Shown one piece after another: positions 48,914 to 63,107 of a stretch of 64,000 nt of DNA. Origin of the DNA: Dipteris shenzhenensis (lineage: Eukaryota); NCBI GenBank assembly GCA_047967505.1, contig CM106538.1. One strand, given 5' to 3'. The notes beneath the pieces were generated by a model, which did no database searches, was not told the DNA's origin, and saw nothing but the letters and a program-made list of their open reading frames with translations. The first letter of the stretch is position 1, and the number at the start of each line of letters is the position of its first letter. The position numbers were made by a program, and so were the translations under genes.

Positions 48914-49481
48914 TAAAGTCCATTCACACCAACTTTAAGACCAAGGGAACCCCCCCCACCATAAAAAAGGTCCATTTCCCCCCTTATTTAACCACTCGTA
49001 ACTCATCCGTTTGAGACCCAAACTGGACCCGTTTGAACCAAAATTTCACATGGAAACACCACACTACGGGGCATTTTTCCAGCCCATTTCACACCATTTT
49101 GTCATCCCTAGCACACGCATTCGCACCCCCATGTGGGCCTTGTTTTGCCCTAATTCGCTTATATCTTTATACCGTGACCTCTGATTGACGATCCATCTGC
49201 ATCAGCACATTTTCCTATACACATGGGATAATCTTAGGCACATTATTAACACGATAGTCCCTATAACACTAACACAAATCTAACACTCCAAACATAACTA
49301 CAACACCTGCACTTGCAACAAAGACACCCTTTGCAACTCTCACCCAATCTACATGCAGCTACACTTTAGCCAATGCCTCCGACTCCAATGCTTGTCGAAT
49401 CCACATACAACTCCACTGCAACCACCACCTCTAAAAATCCTCTACCCCAATTCCCCCCCCTAAAATTCAAGAAACCACAAC

Positions 49482-51848
49482 ATGGCAGGACACCATCACG
49501 ACGATGATGGGGATATTGACCTCGATGCAGAGGCTGACAATTTCTTTAATCGAAGAAATAATAACAATCAAGGTAGGCATCCCATGGGAAAACTAGAACT
49601 TCCCAAATATAATGGTAGGGGAGATCTAACCCATTTCCTCCAGCATTTTGATGCCGTATGCCGAGCAGGTGGAGATCAATCCCATGAAACCAAGGTGGCC
49701 TGGTTTCCCATGGCCTTAACTGATGAAGCGTCTGAATGGTACTATGACACCAAATTTTGATATTTTTTATTTGGCATTGGTATTGTTTTCTTCTATGTTT
49801 GATAAGGGTTTGAGTATTAAGTAATAGCCTAGCGGCTCTCACTTATTTCTATTTTCTAAGATATTGTATGGGATTGAGAGGATGAGTGGAATGGATCATT
49901 GTAAATACCATAGGTATGAATTATAAATACCTTGGTATGGGGTGAGAGTTATTTGTGTATGGGATATTATGGGGTTTTTAGAAAATAGGAAGAGTGAGTC
50001 ATATAAAGAGGTAGGCTCATGTCCATGTGTTCCAATAATATATAAGAGGCCACATGCCAAGCGTGTGGAAGACATGTGGAGGAGTGTGGAGTCAAGAGGA
50101 ATCCTTCTAGAATTCCCATGTGGAATAAGGAGGATGTGGACATATGGACAAGAGAGGGTCCCTATGGGCTCCATGTGGGGAGACTCTTGAATTTCTCAAT
50201 ATTTTAAGAGTCTTGAGCATCTTTTGATGGGACACATGGCAAGAGTATCCAAAAAGGACATGGATGGTGGCATACAGGCTTATGTGATTGATGGGGAAAA
50301 GAATCTACAGGTAGCAATTATAAATGGGTGAAGGAGGGTGACGAAATCTCCATAAAAGGAGCCCTCCTCTCCCTTGTTCATCATCTCTTCCACCATTAGG
50401 CCTCATGTTGCTGTAGCTCTATTCTCCTCAAGCCTCTTCCATGAGCCTTCTCTCCCTCTTGTAGATATTCTCTTATGTAGACTCTTGAGTCCATCTCTCT
50501 CTAGTTTATTCTCTCTCTATGAGTAGTCTTGGAGCTTCCGCTCCCTCTTGTACGTATGAAACCTCTTCTTCTCCCTTGTGTTTGTAGTATTTTGAGTTGC
50601 ATTAGAGTGGAGTCTCACTCTATTAGTAATGAAGGTCACTTCAGGTTCTCTCTCTTGAGTGTCTCTTTCCTTTTTCCATTGTTTTCTCTTCCAAAGTGCT
50701 CAAAAGTGTTGTCTATTCGGCTACTCATTGCGCATACATGGTTTATCTATTTCCCAAGACATAAAGGGGGTTCTTCCTTCCCTCCTAGGAGACCTCTATG
50801 GGACTTGGATCGTTGATGAAGTCTAAGCATGGAGGTAGTATTCTCCCAAGTCGGCACCAGTAGAAGGAGTAGGTGTTTTTCATGACAGTTTGATCCCCTG
50901 TCAGTATTTTCCTCATAACTTTTCGCTCAGTGGTCTGATTTGAATGAAACTTATATCAATACGAAGCTCTCTTTAAGGAGCATCATGTTATGTGTTCAAT
51001 TATTATATTAGATGTCAAATCAAAAATCTATGACTCTGTGTGTGACCACTATTTCTTTTTCAGATAGTTTTTACCCCCGTCCAGTAAACTGTCCATATCT
51101 TTCCGACCGCTTCTCTGTTTCTTATGAAATTTATATCAAAGTGAAGCCCATTTCAAGGCATCTTAATATGTGTTTTAATATTTGATATCATGTCTTTGCT
51201 GAAAGTTATGGTATCTGTGTCTAATGACAGTTTGCATAGTATTTTGAGCTAATTGTAAAGGTATATATGAAGGAGGTGCAATGTTTCCCCAGAACCTACC
51301 CATCCGACCCAATCAGCCCCTTCAGACTTCTCAATATATATCAGTTCATGTCATGTTGAGCCACAAGATCTTCTTTAAGTAGCATATCGCTCTTCTCTTT
51401 GGCACAGACTGGCTTGCTGAGATTATGGCCTCCGTTGATCCTTTCTTTCTCCCTATGCTTGAGAACAACATCACTTGGGATGTTACCATCTTCATTCTCA
51501 TCTAAGGGAGGATAGTATGGTGTGGCCTCTTGGTATTAAAGCTTCTTTTAATGTCCCTTTCCTAGTGAGATGAATATCTCTATCACTCAGTTCAAAAGTA
51601 GTGGGAAGTGAAGAGGTGCGTGAAGTTTATTACCCCCAACTTCATGTCACAGTACCTAGACCTCCTAGTGGAAGAGCGAGCCACATGGGACCTTATTTAT
51701 ACTGAATTCAAAAGGCACTTTCAAATGGAGAGGCTACAAAATGATCCCACTCTCCAACTAAGCAAGATCAAACAAGGCCATTGAGAAGATGTACGCACGT
51801 ATCTAGGCAAGATGAAAAGATTAATCACCAAATGTGACCCATGCCCCA
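49482..51848 (+). pseudogene. Gypsy B gag, split by a solo LTR
   Basis: KLELPKYNGRGDLTHFLQHFD...WFPMALTDEASEWY joins LDLLVEERATWDLIYTEFKRHF. Removing 49743-51655 restores the frame. Confidence 0.88.
49743..51651. mobile_element. Solo LTR (~1.9 kb) of a third family, 4-bp TSD GTAC
   Basis: Termini TATGACA (TG mutated) and TGTCACA. GTAC at 49739-42 and 51652-55. A TATA-like TATAAA at ~50319 is followed by a CT-rich stretch. Confidence 0.8.
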
Positions 51849-52459
51849 ATGCAATGCCAAGACCACTAAGAGAATTTGAAGTTCAAGAAACCGATAGCAT
51901 TGGAGAAACTCCAATCAGAGGGACCAGTGAAAACTCGCACAATAAATCTTGCCCTTGAAGGGGACGAATGGTCTTGAAACCTCACCCTTGAAACCGATAG
52001 CATTGGAGAAACTCCAATCTATGAGGGACCGGCAAAAATTGCACAATAAACCTCGCCTCTTGAATGGTCCCCTGAGGGACTAGAAGGAGTATGCGTAGCA
52101 AATGAACCCTTGGGAACACCTTGGAGTGGAAAAGTTACCCCATAGTTCCCAACATAAGAAGTTTCGGAAGTATAAGCCACATGTGTGGATCAATCAAGAG
52201 ACTTCAGAAAAAGAAAGTCAAAAAGATCCTAACAAATTGGTTAATGAAACTATGCCACCCAATAAACATGGAACATGTTAGGCTAGTTCAACACCATCAG
52301 AGGTCGATCTTTGAGAAGTGCCAGAGTACTTCAAGAATCACACAAGTGGCAATGCCCCAATAGCAATGCCAAGACCACTAAGAGAATCTAAAGTTCAAGA
52401 AACTCATAGCATTGGAGAAACTCTAATCTATGAGGGATCGGCAAAAACTCGCACAATAA

Positions 52460-55095
52460 ACCAAACTCAAAGCACTCCTAATGGAATACCGTGACTACCT
52501 AGCATGGTCATACAAAGAGATGAAAGGAATTTCACCAGACGTGGCTAGAAAAACTACTAGATGCTGGATTCATCTACAAGATAGAGCACACTGATTGGGT
52601 TTCACCCATCATCATTGTGCCTAAATGCAACAAGAAGCTCCGAATATGCGTAAACTTAAAGAATGTGAATGCCACCACAATTAGGGATCACTATCCCTTA
52701 CCCTTAATAGAAACAATGTTGGAAAAGGTGGCAGGTTCTGAAATATATAGCTTCCTGGATGGCTTTAGTGGCTATAACCAAGTTCAAATTGCTCCTAAAG
52801 ACCAATCAAAAATAGCATTTGCTACAGAATGGGGTATTTTTGCATATAGAGTCATGCCATTCAGCCTTTGTAATGCCCCGGCTACATTCCAGTGAGTCGT
52901 GTTCACAGCTTTCAAGTCATTTCTGAATAAGTTTTACAGGTGTTCTTGGATGATTTGTGCTACCATTCAAACAAAAAAAGAACACTTCAAATGTCTTGAA
53001 GCAGTACTAATCAATTGCAGGGAGTATGGCATCTCCCTAAATCCAACAAAATGCCAGTTCATGGTCACCCACAGAGTTGTTTTGGGACACATCATTTCTC
53101 AACATGGGATTGCAACAACTGACATGGACAAAATCAAAATCATCATGGAATTGCCTCCTCCTACAAATTCCAAAGGTGTACAGGTCTTTATGGGACATGC
53201 CGGCTATTATAGAAGATTTATATTATGGTATGCCATGATAGCTAGACCACTTTACAAATTATTAGTGGAATTCTTATGGACATAAGAGTGCGACCAAGTC
53301 TTTGAGCTTTTAAAGTGGTGCCTAATCACAGCGCCCATCCTTATATCTCCCAATTGGGATATTGATTTTCATGTTCATACTGATGGATCCAAGTATGCAA
53401 TTGGGAGTGTGCTTTGTCAACTTGGTGACATAAGAAAGATTACCCATTCTACTTTGCCAGTCGACAACTCAATGATGCAGAGATCAACTATACCACCATA
53501 GAAAGAGAAGCCCTAGCAATGGTATATAATGTTAAGAAATTTCGGCACTATCTACTAGTGGCAAATGATTTTTTCTTCTATACCAACCATCAAGCATTGC
53601 TTTATCTTGTGAACTGTCCATGTACAATAAGAAAAATAACCAGATCGCTCCTCTTGCTTCAAGAATTCAATTTCAAAATAGTAGTCTGCAAAGGTGTCCA
53701 ATACTACATTGCCGATCACATGTCTCATGTCAAGTCAGGAGAAGAAGCCACTGGAGTAGAAGAAGACTTGCCAGATGCCACACTATTTCAAATAAATGCT
53801 ATTCCAGATTGGTGTGGAGATATCATTGGGTACTTAATGGCAAGAAGACCACCCCCTAAAATGAAAGTAGTAGATGCCAGAAAACTAATTTTAAAGGCTG
53901 CACCCTATCAACTCATTGCAGGACAATAGTACAAGATGGGCAAGGACCAGGTATTAAGAAGATGTGTCATGCCTCATGAGATCATGCCAATCCTAAGTGA
54001 AGTCCATGAAGGCATTGTAGGAGGACACTTCCAAGGGAAAGCGAAAGCAAGAAAAGTCCTCCTCGCAGGCTACTGGTGGCCAACACTATGGGCAAATGCC
54101 TATGAATATGTAAAAGGCTGTGATGTATGACAACGGCCTACTAAACCACAACACAAAGACTTCAATTCCCTAACAATAGCTATTGCACAAAAACCATTCG
54201 AAAAATGGGGGATTGACTATGTGGGTCCCATTTATCCAATAGCAGCAAAGGGAACACAGGCACGCTACATGATTGTGGCCACTGATTACTTTACAAAATG
54301 GGCTGAAGCTAAAGTAGTCAGAAACGCAGGTGCCAGAAGCACAACAAGATTTTTATACAAGAATGTGATCACCCGATTCGGATGCCCCATTGAAATTGTG
54401 TTGGATAGAGGCACACATTTTGTCAATGAGGTAATCCAAGAACTCTTGTCTGGCTTTATGGTAATCCATAGAAAAAGCACACCCTACTACCTCCAAGGGA
54501 ATGGACAGGCCGAATCCACCAACAAAATATTATGAATTATCCTCACTAAGGTAGTAGAACCATAGCATTCTGATTGGGTAGAGAAACTAAATGCAGCCTT
54601 GTGGGCATACAGAAGCACACTCAAGGTCAGTACAATTGGTGTACGGCCTTGAAGCTGTGGTCCCACTAGACTTTGTAATACCAAGCTTATGCATAGTAGT
54701 ACATGAATGCATGGGAGATCATAAATCCTTGAAAGAAAGAATCTATCAATTGGAGAAGCATACAGACACAAGACTAGTTTCCTACCATGCCATGACAATA
54801 GAAAAATGCAGAAGAAAGGCATGGTTCGACAGAAATCTTAAAGCTAAAGACATCAAGGAAGGTGACTTGGTCTTGTTATACAATGCCAAAGTACACAAGG
54901 GGAAACTAAAGTATCTAGGTCAATGACCCTACTGCGTAAGAAAGATGAATCCCATCAAAGCTATGCTGCTAGAAACATTGGATGGAGTCCAATTCAACAC
55001 AACAATAAATGGGAGCTGACTGAAGCGCTACTACTTCAACATGCAAGCCATCCCTGAAAAAAATGAAGATTTGGGAAACCCAAGTCTTTTGTAGT
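52460..55095 (+). pseudogene. Gypsy B pol of copy 2 (RT-RH-IN), disrupted; protease region apparently deleted or rearranged
   Basis: ORFs 52617-52895, 52899-53285, 53519-53929 and 54221-54535, colinear with 17153-19570. Confidence 0.94.
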
Positions 55096-55367
55096 TAGGA
55101 TTAGATTGTATCATGAGCACTCACTTGCATATGTACATGTTCGCACATATAGGTAGCATCAATCGATTTTAACCTAGGGCTCAGAAGTGATGCCTGAGTT
55201 CTAGACACATAGATGATTGCATAAATAATTGTGCCACCCACTTTCATTCCACATTCTCAAAGCGTGTATTTAAAAAAAAAAAAAAATTTAAAGATCTCTC
55301 ACAAACACACACAAAGGTCATACCTACATGCCAACTAATCTAATGATCAATGGTACACCACATGCAC

Positions 55368-58300
55368 ATGGATGCAAGTTCAAAAGAAATGGCACCACTA
55401 AAGAGGATGCGCAGAAAGAGCCCACCACCTCAACCACAAGATCCCCTCCAGAGTTGGTAGCCATCTACATCCTCTCAACCACAGCAACCACAGGCATCTG
55501 TGGTCCAGAGCGATAGCTCCTAGAAGGATTCAATGCATGACCAAGAAGAACAAATGCCACCCTAGTCATCACCACAGGACTACACAACCATTGACGGGGC
55601 CTAGTCACTGGAACTTGTTTGGCCACCTACATCAACTTATGCTCTTTCCTAGGAAGCAACATCTTACTTAGAGCAAAGCGGTCTAGGGAGTTTGCATGAG
55701 AGCCTAAAATCCTTAGAGGACAGTCCTACAATGACCACATACATTAGGGACTTTCTCCATTCTTACCACTCCAGCAATGCATAGGTTGGCAAGTACAATA
55801 CCATCACTGTACATCAAAGCCCACTCAACATTATTCTCGATAGTATAGTCATTCAAAGGGCTTTCTCACTCCCAACACAAGGTGCCAAATAACCTACATG
55901 GATTACTGATGCTAAATTTCTCGAAGTACAGCCTCTCCTCACCAAGGGCACACTGATCCATAGGGACGGCATATTACTTGACACTATCCTTAACCATCAC
56001 CTCAAGGAAGCAGCACAATTCCTATCCACAATCCTGGGGGTTAAGTGCAGAAAGAATCAATCTCTTCCACTCTGCACATTTGTTTTGCTGAGTAGGAAGC
56101 TATGATCCAACACTTAGTCATCTTCTTTACAAAAAAAGTAGATGGTTCATTAGGCCAAAAATGTAAAATTCCACATCAGGCTATAATCATAAAAAAAGTA
56201 GATGGCTCATCAGGCTATAATCATCAAAAAAGAGCTGCAAGAACAAGATATGACTCTACCCCAGTCATCAAAACCAATTGAGGAGTTGGACATTCCCTTC
56301 TCACCAATATGGGAGCCGTCACCAACTTCTCCTACTATCACATTGGCAAGTGCAGATGCCTTAGAAGAAATATCTATTCTGGAGGTCGGAATTGAGGAAT
56401 TGCCCCACGAGATGCTACAACTCGGTGCATAACTGCAACCAATATATCTCCAACAATAGCAGCAACCAGAGCCTGAGGCAAGATCGGAACCAAGAGCCCA
56501 AGGAAAGATTGGCACCAGAGCCTAAGGCTACATCAGCACTAGAACCTAAGGCTACATCAGCACTAGAACCGCCCATCAACACCATGCCAATTGATGAGCC
56601 ACAAGGGGAGCTAGTACCAGATCAACAATATGACTATTGTAAACAAGTGACTGAAATACCATTGGAACAACCTCCCACAAGTACTATGCAATCATCAAGA
56701 TGGCTACATGGGCACCACTTGTATCAAGACCATCGCTAGTCTTCATCACCATCTGTCATTCTCTAACATCAAGCTAGCCAAATGGTCCAAATGTCCGAAC
56801 TGTTCACTAGCTTGGCCAAGGAAGAATATGAAAGAGAATTTGATAGACAGACTGCAACAGAAATCGAAGACCAATTCCAGGCAATCACCATAGAGGTCAA
56901 GGCACTTTTGGCATAGATAGATGAGAAGGAGGTAGAAGAAGTGCACATGAACCAAGCTCTCCAAGCTCAAGAGAAGGCAGTGAGGGATGTGACCTCCAAC
57001 CTCCACCAAAGTCAAACATAGCTGACATCAGTAGTATAAGCAACGACAATCCTACAGACCTCCAATAACTCCTTGACCTCCGCACATGCTTAGTAGATGG
57101 AGGTAGTGGCACAAGCTTGACTCACTCTAATTCACAAAGAAAAAGAGCTCCAGGATTGCAAAGACAAGCTTGAAGACATGAAATAGTCTTTAGCAGATGT
57201 GCCTTCAGCACTGACAAGCTTACAGAGGAATGCAGAATCTTAAAGGACCAACTTGCTACTGCTAAAGAGGCCAGCACTTCACAAGCACAAGTCTTGGTCC
57301 AAAGTCTTGGACCAATGGTCCAATACCATTGAAGACATTCCTCAATAGGCGAAGGTCACCTTGCAAATGAGAAAGCTTAAGGAGGCATATACATCCATCT
57401 ACCAAAAATACAAAGAAAAAATGGAAGAGATGCACTCTCAAAAGATAATCATCTCCAAGCTTGAACTCCAATTGCTAGTGCACAACAATAAGGCAATGGA
57501 AGACAACACCAATGAAGCCCCACTACAATGCACAATGGTGGTGTACCAAGAGCTTGTGGCTGCTCTACAAGTGAAAGATCACCTCAACGCACACGTGCTT
57601 ATCCAATGGAAGCAACTCCAAATCAGGATCATATCTGCTCATCCAACAATCAAATGGGAATGTTCCATAGGGACCAAAACTGTGTGCTTTGCCAAGACTT
57701 GGAGAAAAATATCTTCTACCTATCTACACATGCCGGGTTTATAACACTCAGGACAGATGCTTTCATTGCATATGTATGCCTCATGGGTAGTCCTCCCCTA
57801 AAGGTTATTGCTACAAAGGCCATCACTATTATTTGCAAGGCATGACATCCCACCCATGTAGGGTTTATAGGACTCAGGATAGATGCTTTCATTGCATATG
57901 TATGCCTCATGTGTAGTCCTCCCCTCATGGTTATTGATGGTTTGTTGCCATTGCTACAAAGGACATCACTATTATTTGCAAGGCATGACATCCCACCCAT
58001 GCGACTGATGATCCCATCACACCAGCAAAAAGAAGTGTCGGAAGATGACAAGGCCTATCTCACATCCAACTTCCCATACCTAACCACTCTCTCTACCAAC
58101 CTCATAACCTCACTTACCCTTGTTGCTAATATCCTCTTAACCTTCCCCGAGCTCCATCCTAACATCTAGTCCCTCCATCATCTCTTTGCTCATGCCTCTC
58201 ACCATTTTCAACTAGCCCAATAGTCACAAACTTGCGAACCCCTCACACCTAGCTTTTTCCCTTCCCTTACTAATCCTACCCTCGAGGATTACCAAGCTGC

Positions 58301-59203
58301 TCAAACCATTTTCCCAGTTCTTTCCCCCCTCCCCTTTGCTCTCCCTTCCACAACTAATACTCTTCCATATTTCTCCCCCATGTCCCCAAATTCTCTCCCT
58401 GCCCCATCATCAACTCCGATACTACTTGTGCTTCCATCAACAGAAACTGACACAGTATTTTATTTTAAATATCATAATCCAAATAATCCAATTCATACTC
58501 CCATGACAAGTTCCAATGATGGGTATGATTTTGATGAGATACCACTTCCTAGTAACCCCATCAAGGAATTTTGGAGCAAATATCCTGACATGAAAACTCG
58601 AGGTGGATGGACCCTAGACAACTTCCTGCCAACCTTTGTTAGCATCACATTAGTGAAGATTGGATAAGCAAGTTGGATCCACAACCTGATTGGCACCGTC
58701 CCAAGCTCTTTGATGTAATCTTCTTGAAAGAATACCTACGTGCACCTCCATGTCTCATAACCCATCCCAAGTTCTATGCAGTTCCACGACATAAAAAATG
58801 GGAAGCCAACATACACACTTTGGATGAAGGTCGCACCATTAATTGGCCAATGATCTAACCATACTCTGGTGTAGAATGGAATATCCAAGGCACAATCATC
58901 CGACCACTTTAGTAGCATGAGCAAATAATGCACGGCAACATTGATCGCTTCCTTCGCCTAAGTGCTATCTTTTGCAAAACATTGGAATACATTCTGGAGG
59001 TCCCATGTTACCTCGATGACCATTTGCCTCCACTCAGTTTCAATCCCAATGAATGGGTCGATGCTCAGATTACAAGTCAACTCTATCAAAGAGTGATCTT
59101 TTTAGAAGCATGCCATATACCTCTATTCAAACAAATGGTGGATACAGGCTACCTGGAAACTGAGAAAAAATTGTATGGTGCCAAGGCTTTACAGCAAGAT
59201 TGA
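55368..59203 (+). pseudogene. Extra ORF of gypsy B copy 2, disrupted
   Basis: Colinear with 19907-23570. Shared blocks include NDGYDFDEIPLPSNPIKEFWSKYPDMKTRGGWTLDNF and LSAIFCKTLE. Confidence 0.75.
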
Positions 59204-59312
59204 CTAACACGACACAAGTTCCACAACCACTAGACTAAAGGCATGGCAACCCAGTTACATGCTCACAATAAGCCATAACCCAAGGACATGTAATAAAATG
59301 GATCTAAGAGTA

Positions 59313-60504
59313 TGCTGTCTTTGTGCCAACATGGACTTAGGTAGTACAGAATGTGTGTGTAGAGTAGCGGCAAAGCTCCGCTTGTACTTGCATAAGGCTA
59401 GGAATAATCTCTCTTAGAAATCCTACATGCAAGTTCTACTTGCAACTCCTACATGCAAGTCCTACATGCAACTCCTACATGCAATTCCTACATGCATGTT
59501 CTACTTGTTGCAACTTCTACTTGCAACTCCTACATGCAATTTCTACTTGCAACACCTACATGCAAGGGTCCTACATGCAAATCCTACATGTGATTCCTAC
59601 GTGCATGTTCTACATGCGAGTTCTACATGCAACATACAACATGTGAGTTCTACATGCAACTCCATGCAACTTATATGCAAGTTCTACATGCAGAGAGAGA
59701 ATGTCTTACAATTCCTACATGTAGAGACAGAAGCTCTCCAACTTGTATAAATACCCCATAATGGAATGAAGCCCACACTCTTTGGGGCATTGTGTTGAGT
59801 TCTACTTTGGTATTCCAAGCAATTGTCTCAAGTGTCCATGCTTCCTTACACCACGTCCAAAAGCATGTCCTAACCTTGCAACTCCTCCTCCCCTCTCCTC
59901 CAACCTTACAACCCATCCTCTCCCTCTCCTCCCTTCTCCTCCTCCTCCTCCCTCCTCTCTCTTCTTTCCCCAATGCTCTTACACCTTCTTTCTCTCCCAC
60001 TCCTATGATCCCCCTAAACCCTTAGTTCCTCAACCCTTAACCTCCATGAATTATGAGGGAGACGAGTTCTCCACCATGTATTCTACCTTGAACCTTGGAT
60101 CATCCATATAACCCTGGAAACTCTTCTAAACCTTGGAACCTCCTTCTAAACTCTGGAGCCTCCTTCTAAACTCTGGAACCCCCTTCTAAACCTGAAACTT
60201 CCTTCTAAACCTTGGAATCTCCTTCTAACCCTTAAACTCCTCCTAAACCCTGCAAACCCCCATGACGGTGAAAGCCTTCATTACCTCAACCATGATGATG
60301 TACATTCCTTTCACACATGCATGCACTATGTTTGCTTACCATACTTAAGCCTACATCTCTCACCAAAATACAACTCGAGATCCTAAGCTACATGTATAAT
60401 ACAAACGACAACCCTGATATATCTGTAGGTAACAAAAAGCCTCGAAACCCTGCATATTGAGAATACCCTGCTCTTCCTATGGAAGCCATGGGAAAGAGCC
60501 AATA
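59313..60504 (+). repeat. Complete 3' LTR of gypsy B copy 2 (~1.19 kb)
   Basis: TGCTGTCT...GAGCCAATA, mutated versions of TGTTG...CAACA. Confidence 0.92.
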
Positions 60505-62997
60505 GTTTCTTATGGGGAGAAGATTGTTGTTGTGTATGCTAGTCATACTATAGGTTGTGATGTTGGAGCTTTGGCAGGTGGTACAAGATCATTTCAGAAA
60601 GCTAGTGTGTTTCCAGGTTTGGCATTTCATGGATGCAATTCTGTTGGTGCTAGAAATTCAAATTGTGGCATGGGTTTTCCTTTAGCTGGTGGACTATATA
60701 GTTTTACATTTTTTGATAATTCAAGTTTTGGTGGTGGTGGAAATTGGGTGTCACCTGGATTTTTGGTAGTTTTCAAGCACAGTCTTCTATTGGTGCTCCA
60801 CAAAGTAGCATTTGTTGTTTTTAACTCTTTGGTTTTGATCATTTCTATTGGTTGTGTTCCAAGTGTTAATGTTGTTGGGAGTGTAAAGAGCATTGTTGGT
60901 TGTGTTCCTAGTGTTTGCATTGTTGGGAGTGTAAAGCACGTTAGTGATTTTGGACCAGTCTTGCAGGAAGATGAGTTGTTTTTGAAGTCTTTGGCGAACT
61001 ACATCTCGGATAGTCGTTTGAAGAGGTGCCACTTTTCTAGAGGTTGAGATGCTGGGGAAGTTCTAAACGTGGTTGGTTCCTTCACAAACACTATGTTTAA
61101 TTTCATCGTGGTCCATGATTCTGCAGGACGCGGTTGCATCTTCTTACTTTGTTTGAGAAATAGTTTTGTTTTGCAGCTGAGAGCTATTATTTTTCTTTTA
61201 TTGTAACTTGTCAGTTTCCCAGTTTATATGACTTGTAGGTTGCCAGTTTTCAATTTTTTATGGATATAAAGTTTTGGCATCTGATTGCTAATGCCGTTGT
61301 TGGGGTTCAATGCAAAAAATGTTGGCCTAAAGGAAGCTCATCAAAAGGTTTTTTCATGTGCATTCAGCCCATCTGTGCTTACGGGTGGGTTCTTGAGGGG
61401 TTCAACTCACAAACTTTTACAATACCACGTGCATTCAAAAGGAGGGGTATTTTAAATCAACTTTTTTTTAAAAATTAATAGGATTACAGTAACAGGAAGT
61501 GTGGTTTAATTCAACTTTAGAAAAAAATGACTTGGCTCACAAGTAAAGACGAGTGTGTTTATTGAGTCAAAATTTTTAGTTAAGGGGTTTTTTAAATATC
61601 TCTTGAACACACATGATACATAGGGTTTCTTAGTAGTGCAACCCCAAGGGTGGGTTTGATAGAAGTCCCAAGGATGTAGAATTCATGAAGCATTCAACAA
61701 TCAACAAAAGTGTCGAGAGGTCTCTTCGTAAGCTATTCTAGTCAGCAACATACTAGACATATGCAAAAGGTTTGTCTTGTTATAATTTAATTTGTTTTAC
61801 ATTCGATCACTCTTCTCTTTGCTTGACATGTTCCAACCGTGCATAGGGCATTTCTATTGCAATAGTAGGTTATCAACATATTGTTGCAAGTATAACTGCT
61901 ACTTACAAGAGACGTTTTTTATTGATAGCTGTGAGTGGAAGTTTTAAAGGCTGAATTATTTCATAGCTTGAATTGTTTCTCGTGTTTCGATACACTCCTC
62001 CACATCCTTACAACCTCCACTTCTTTACTCTTCACAACCTCTACTTCTTCATGCTTGTGTGGCCATGTATGATGAGAAGCAGATGAAAATTTGGATTCCC
62101 CCCTACTCTGCACAATTCCCTTTGGTTTTAGATTTCTAAAAAGGTCAAAATTTTGGGGGTGCCATGGCAGTTGCATTTTCTTTTTTCTCTTATTGATTCA
62201 TAGGTTTAGCTTGTGCTATGGTTCTATCATGAGTCTTCTTTGGTGGTGCGAACTATTGTGATGTGCGGGTTTCCTTTCAGTTTTGGTAGTGTATTCACAT
62301 ATCTTTGCAAATCATAGACATAATTCTTCAATGATATAAATAGATTGAATGACGTGAACACGGTTGGTTTTTGCAATCTACATTACTTTCATTAAGTAAA
62401 TGGGTTGGATTGTTTAAGTATGTTGTTGTCTTTTGAGATCCTATCAATCGTTGATGTGAATTTGTTGAAGAGGCTGCCGTGATATTGTCATTTCTCATTT
62501 CTTGAAACTCTCTTGTGCTTAATCATAAGTGGACTGCATATTTAAGTAGAGAGGAATATTGAGCAAAAGTTGTTATGTGTACTTCAAAACAATAAATAAG
62601 AAAATTGAAAATGAATTGCAGCCTCGAGATCATCTTAATGAAAAAGGATGTCGATGATAATGCAAATTCATTTGTCGGAACCAACAAAGATGAACTGAGA
62701 GAATCTCCACTCAAAGACCTTGTAGGAGCTCTAGTCCCCACAACAAGCACATTCATAGGGGGTGGGAATAGATTAGATGAGGATTAGATTTACTTTACTT
62801 CAGTGAATTATAGGTTGCATCAGACAAGGTTCACATTTGAGGGCAAGCTACTAATGAAGAATAGGACTTTTAAGGATAGGGGAGCAAATTGCCCCACTTA
62901 TATGAGAGCTAATTTTAGTGATAGAAGAAATTATCACACGATTACCTTAGTTGTCTCACATGCATACATTCAATAGTTCAAAGATTTACTGCAAGTA

Positions 62998-63107
62998 GAG
63001 TCCTTTTATAGGTTTGAGGGACCCGTGGTATCAGAGAGAGTCCTTTTATAGGATTGAGGGACTCGTGGTATTTATAGGATTGAGGGACCCGTGGTATCAA
63101 AGAGAGC
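62998..63107. repeat. ~40-bp tandem repeat, about 2.5 units
   Basis: Units of gagtccttttatagg(t/a)ttgagggac(c/t)cgtggtatca. Confidence 0.75.

Larger units (their letters stand above)
45893..60504 (+). mobile_element. Gypsy B copy 2 (5' LTR truncated, two nested solo LTRs)
   Basis: 5' LTR part 45893-46579 ending GAGCCAACA, PBS at 46582, gag from 49482, pol ~52460-55095, extra ORF, complete 3' LTR 59313-60504. Confidence 0.93.
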
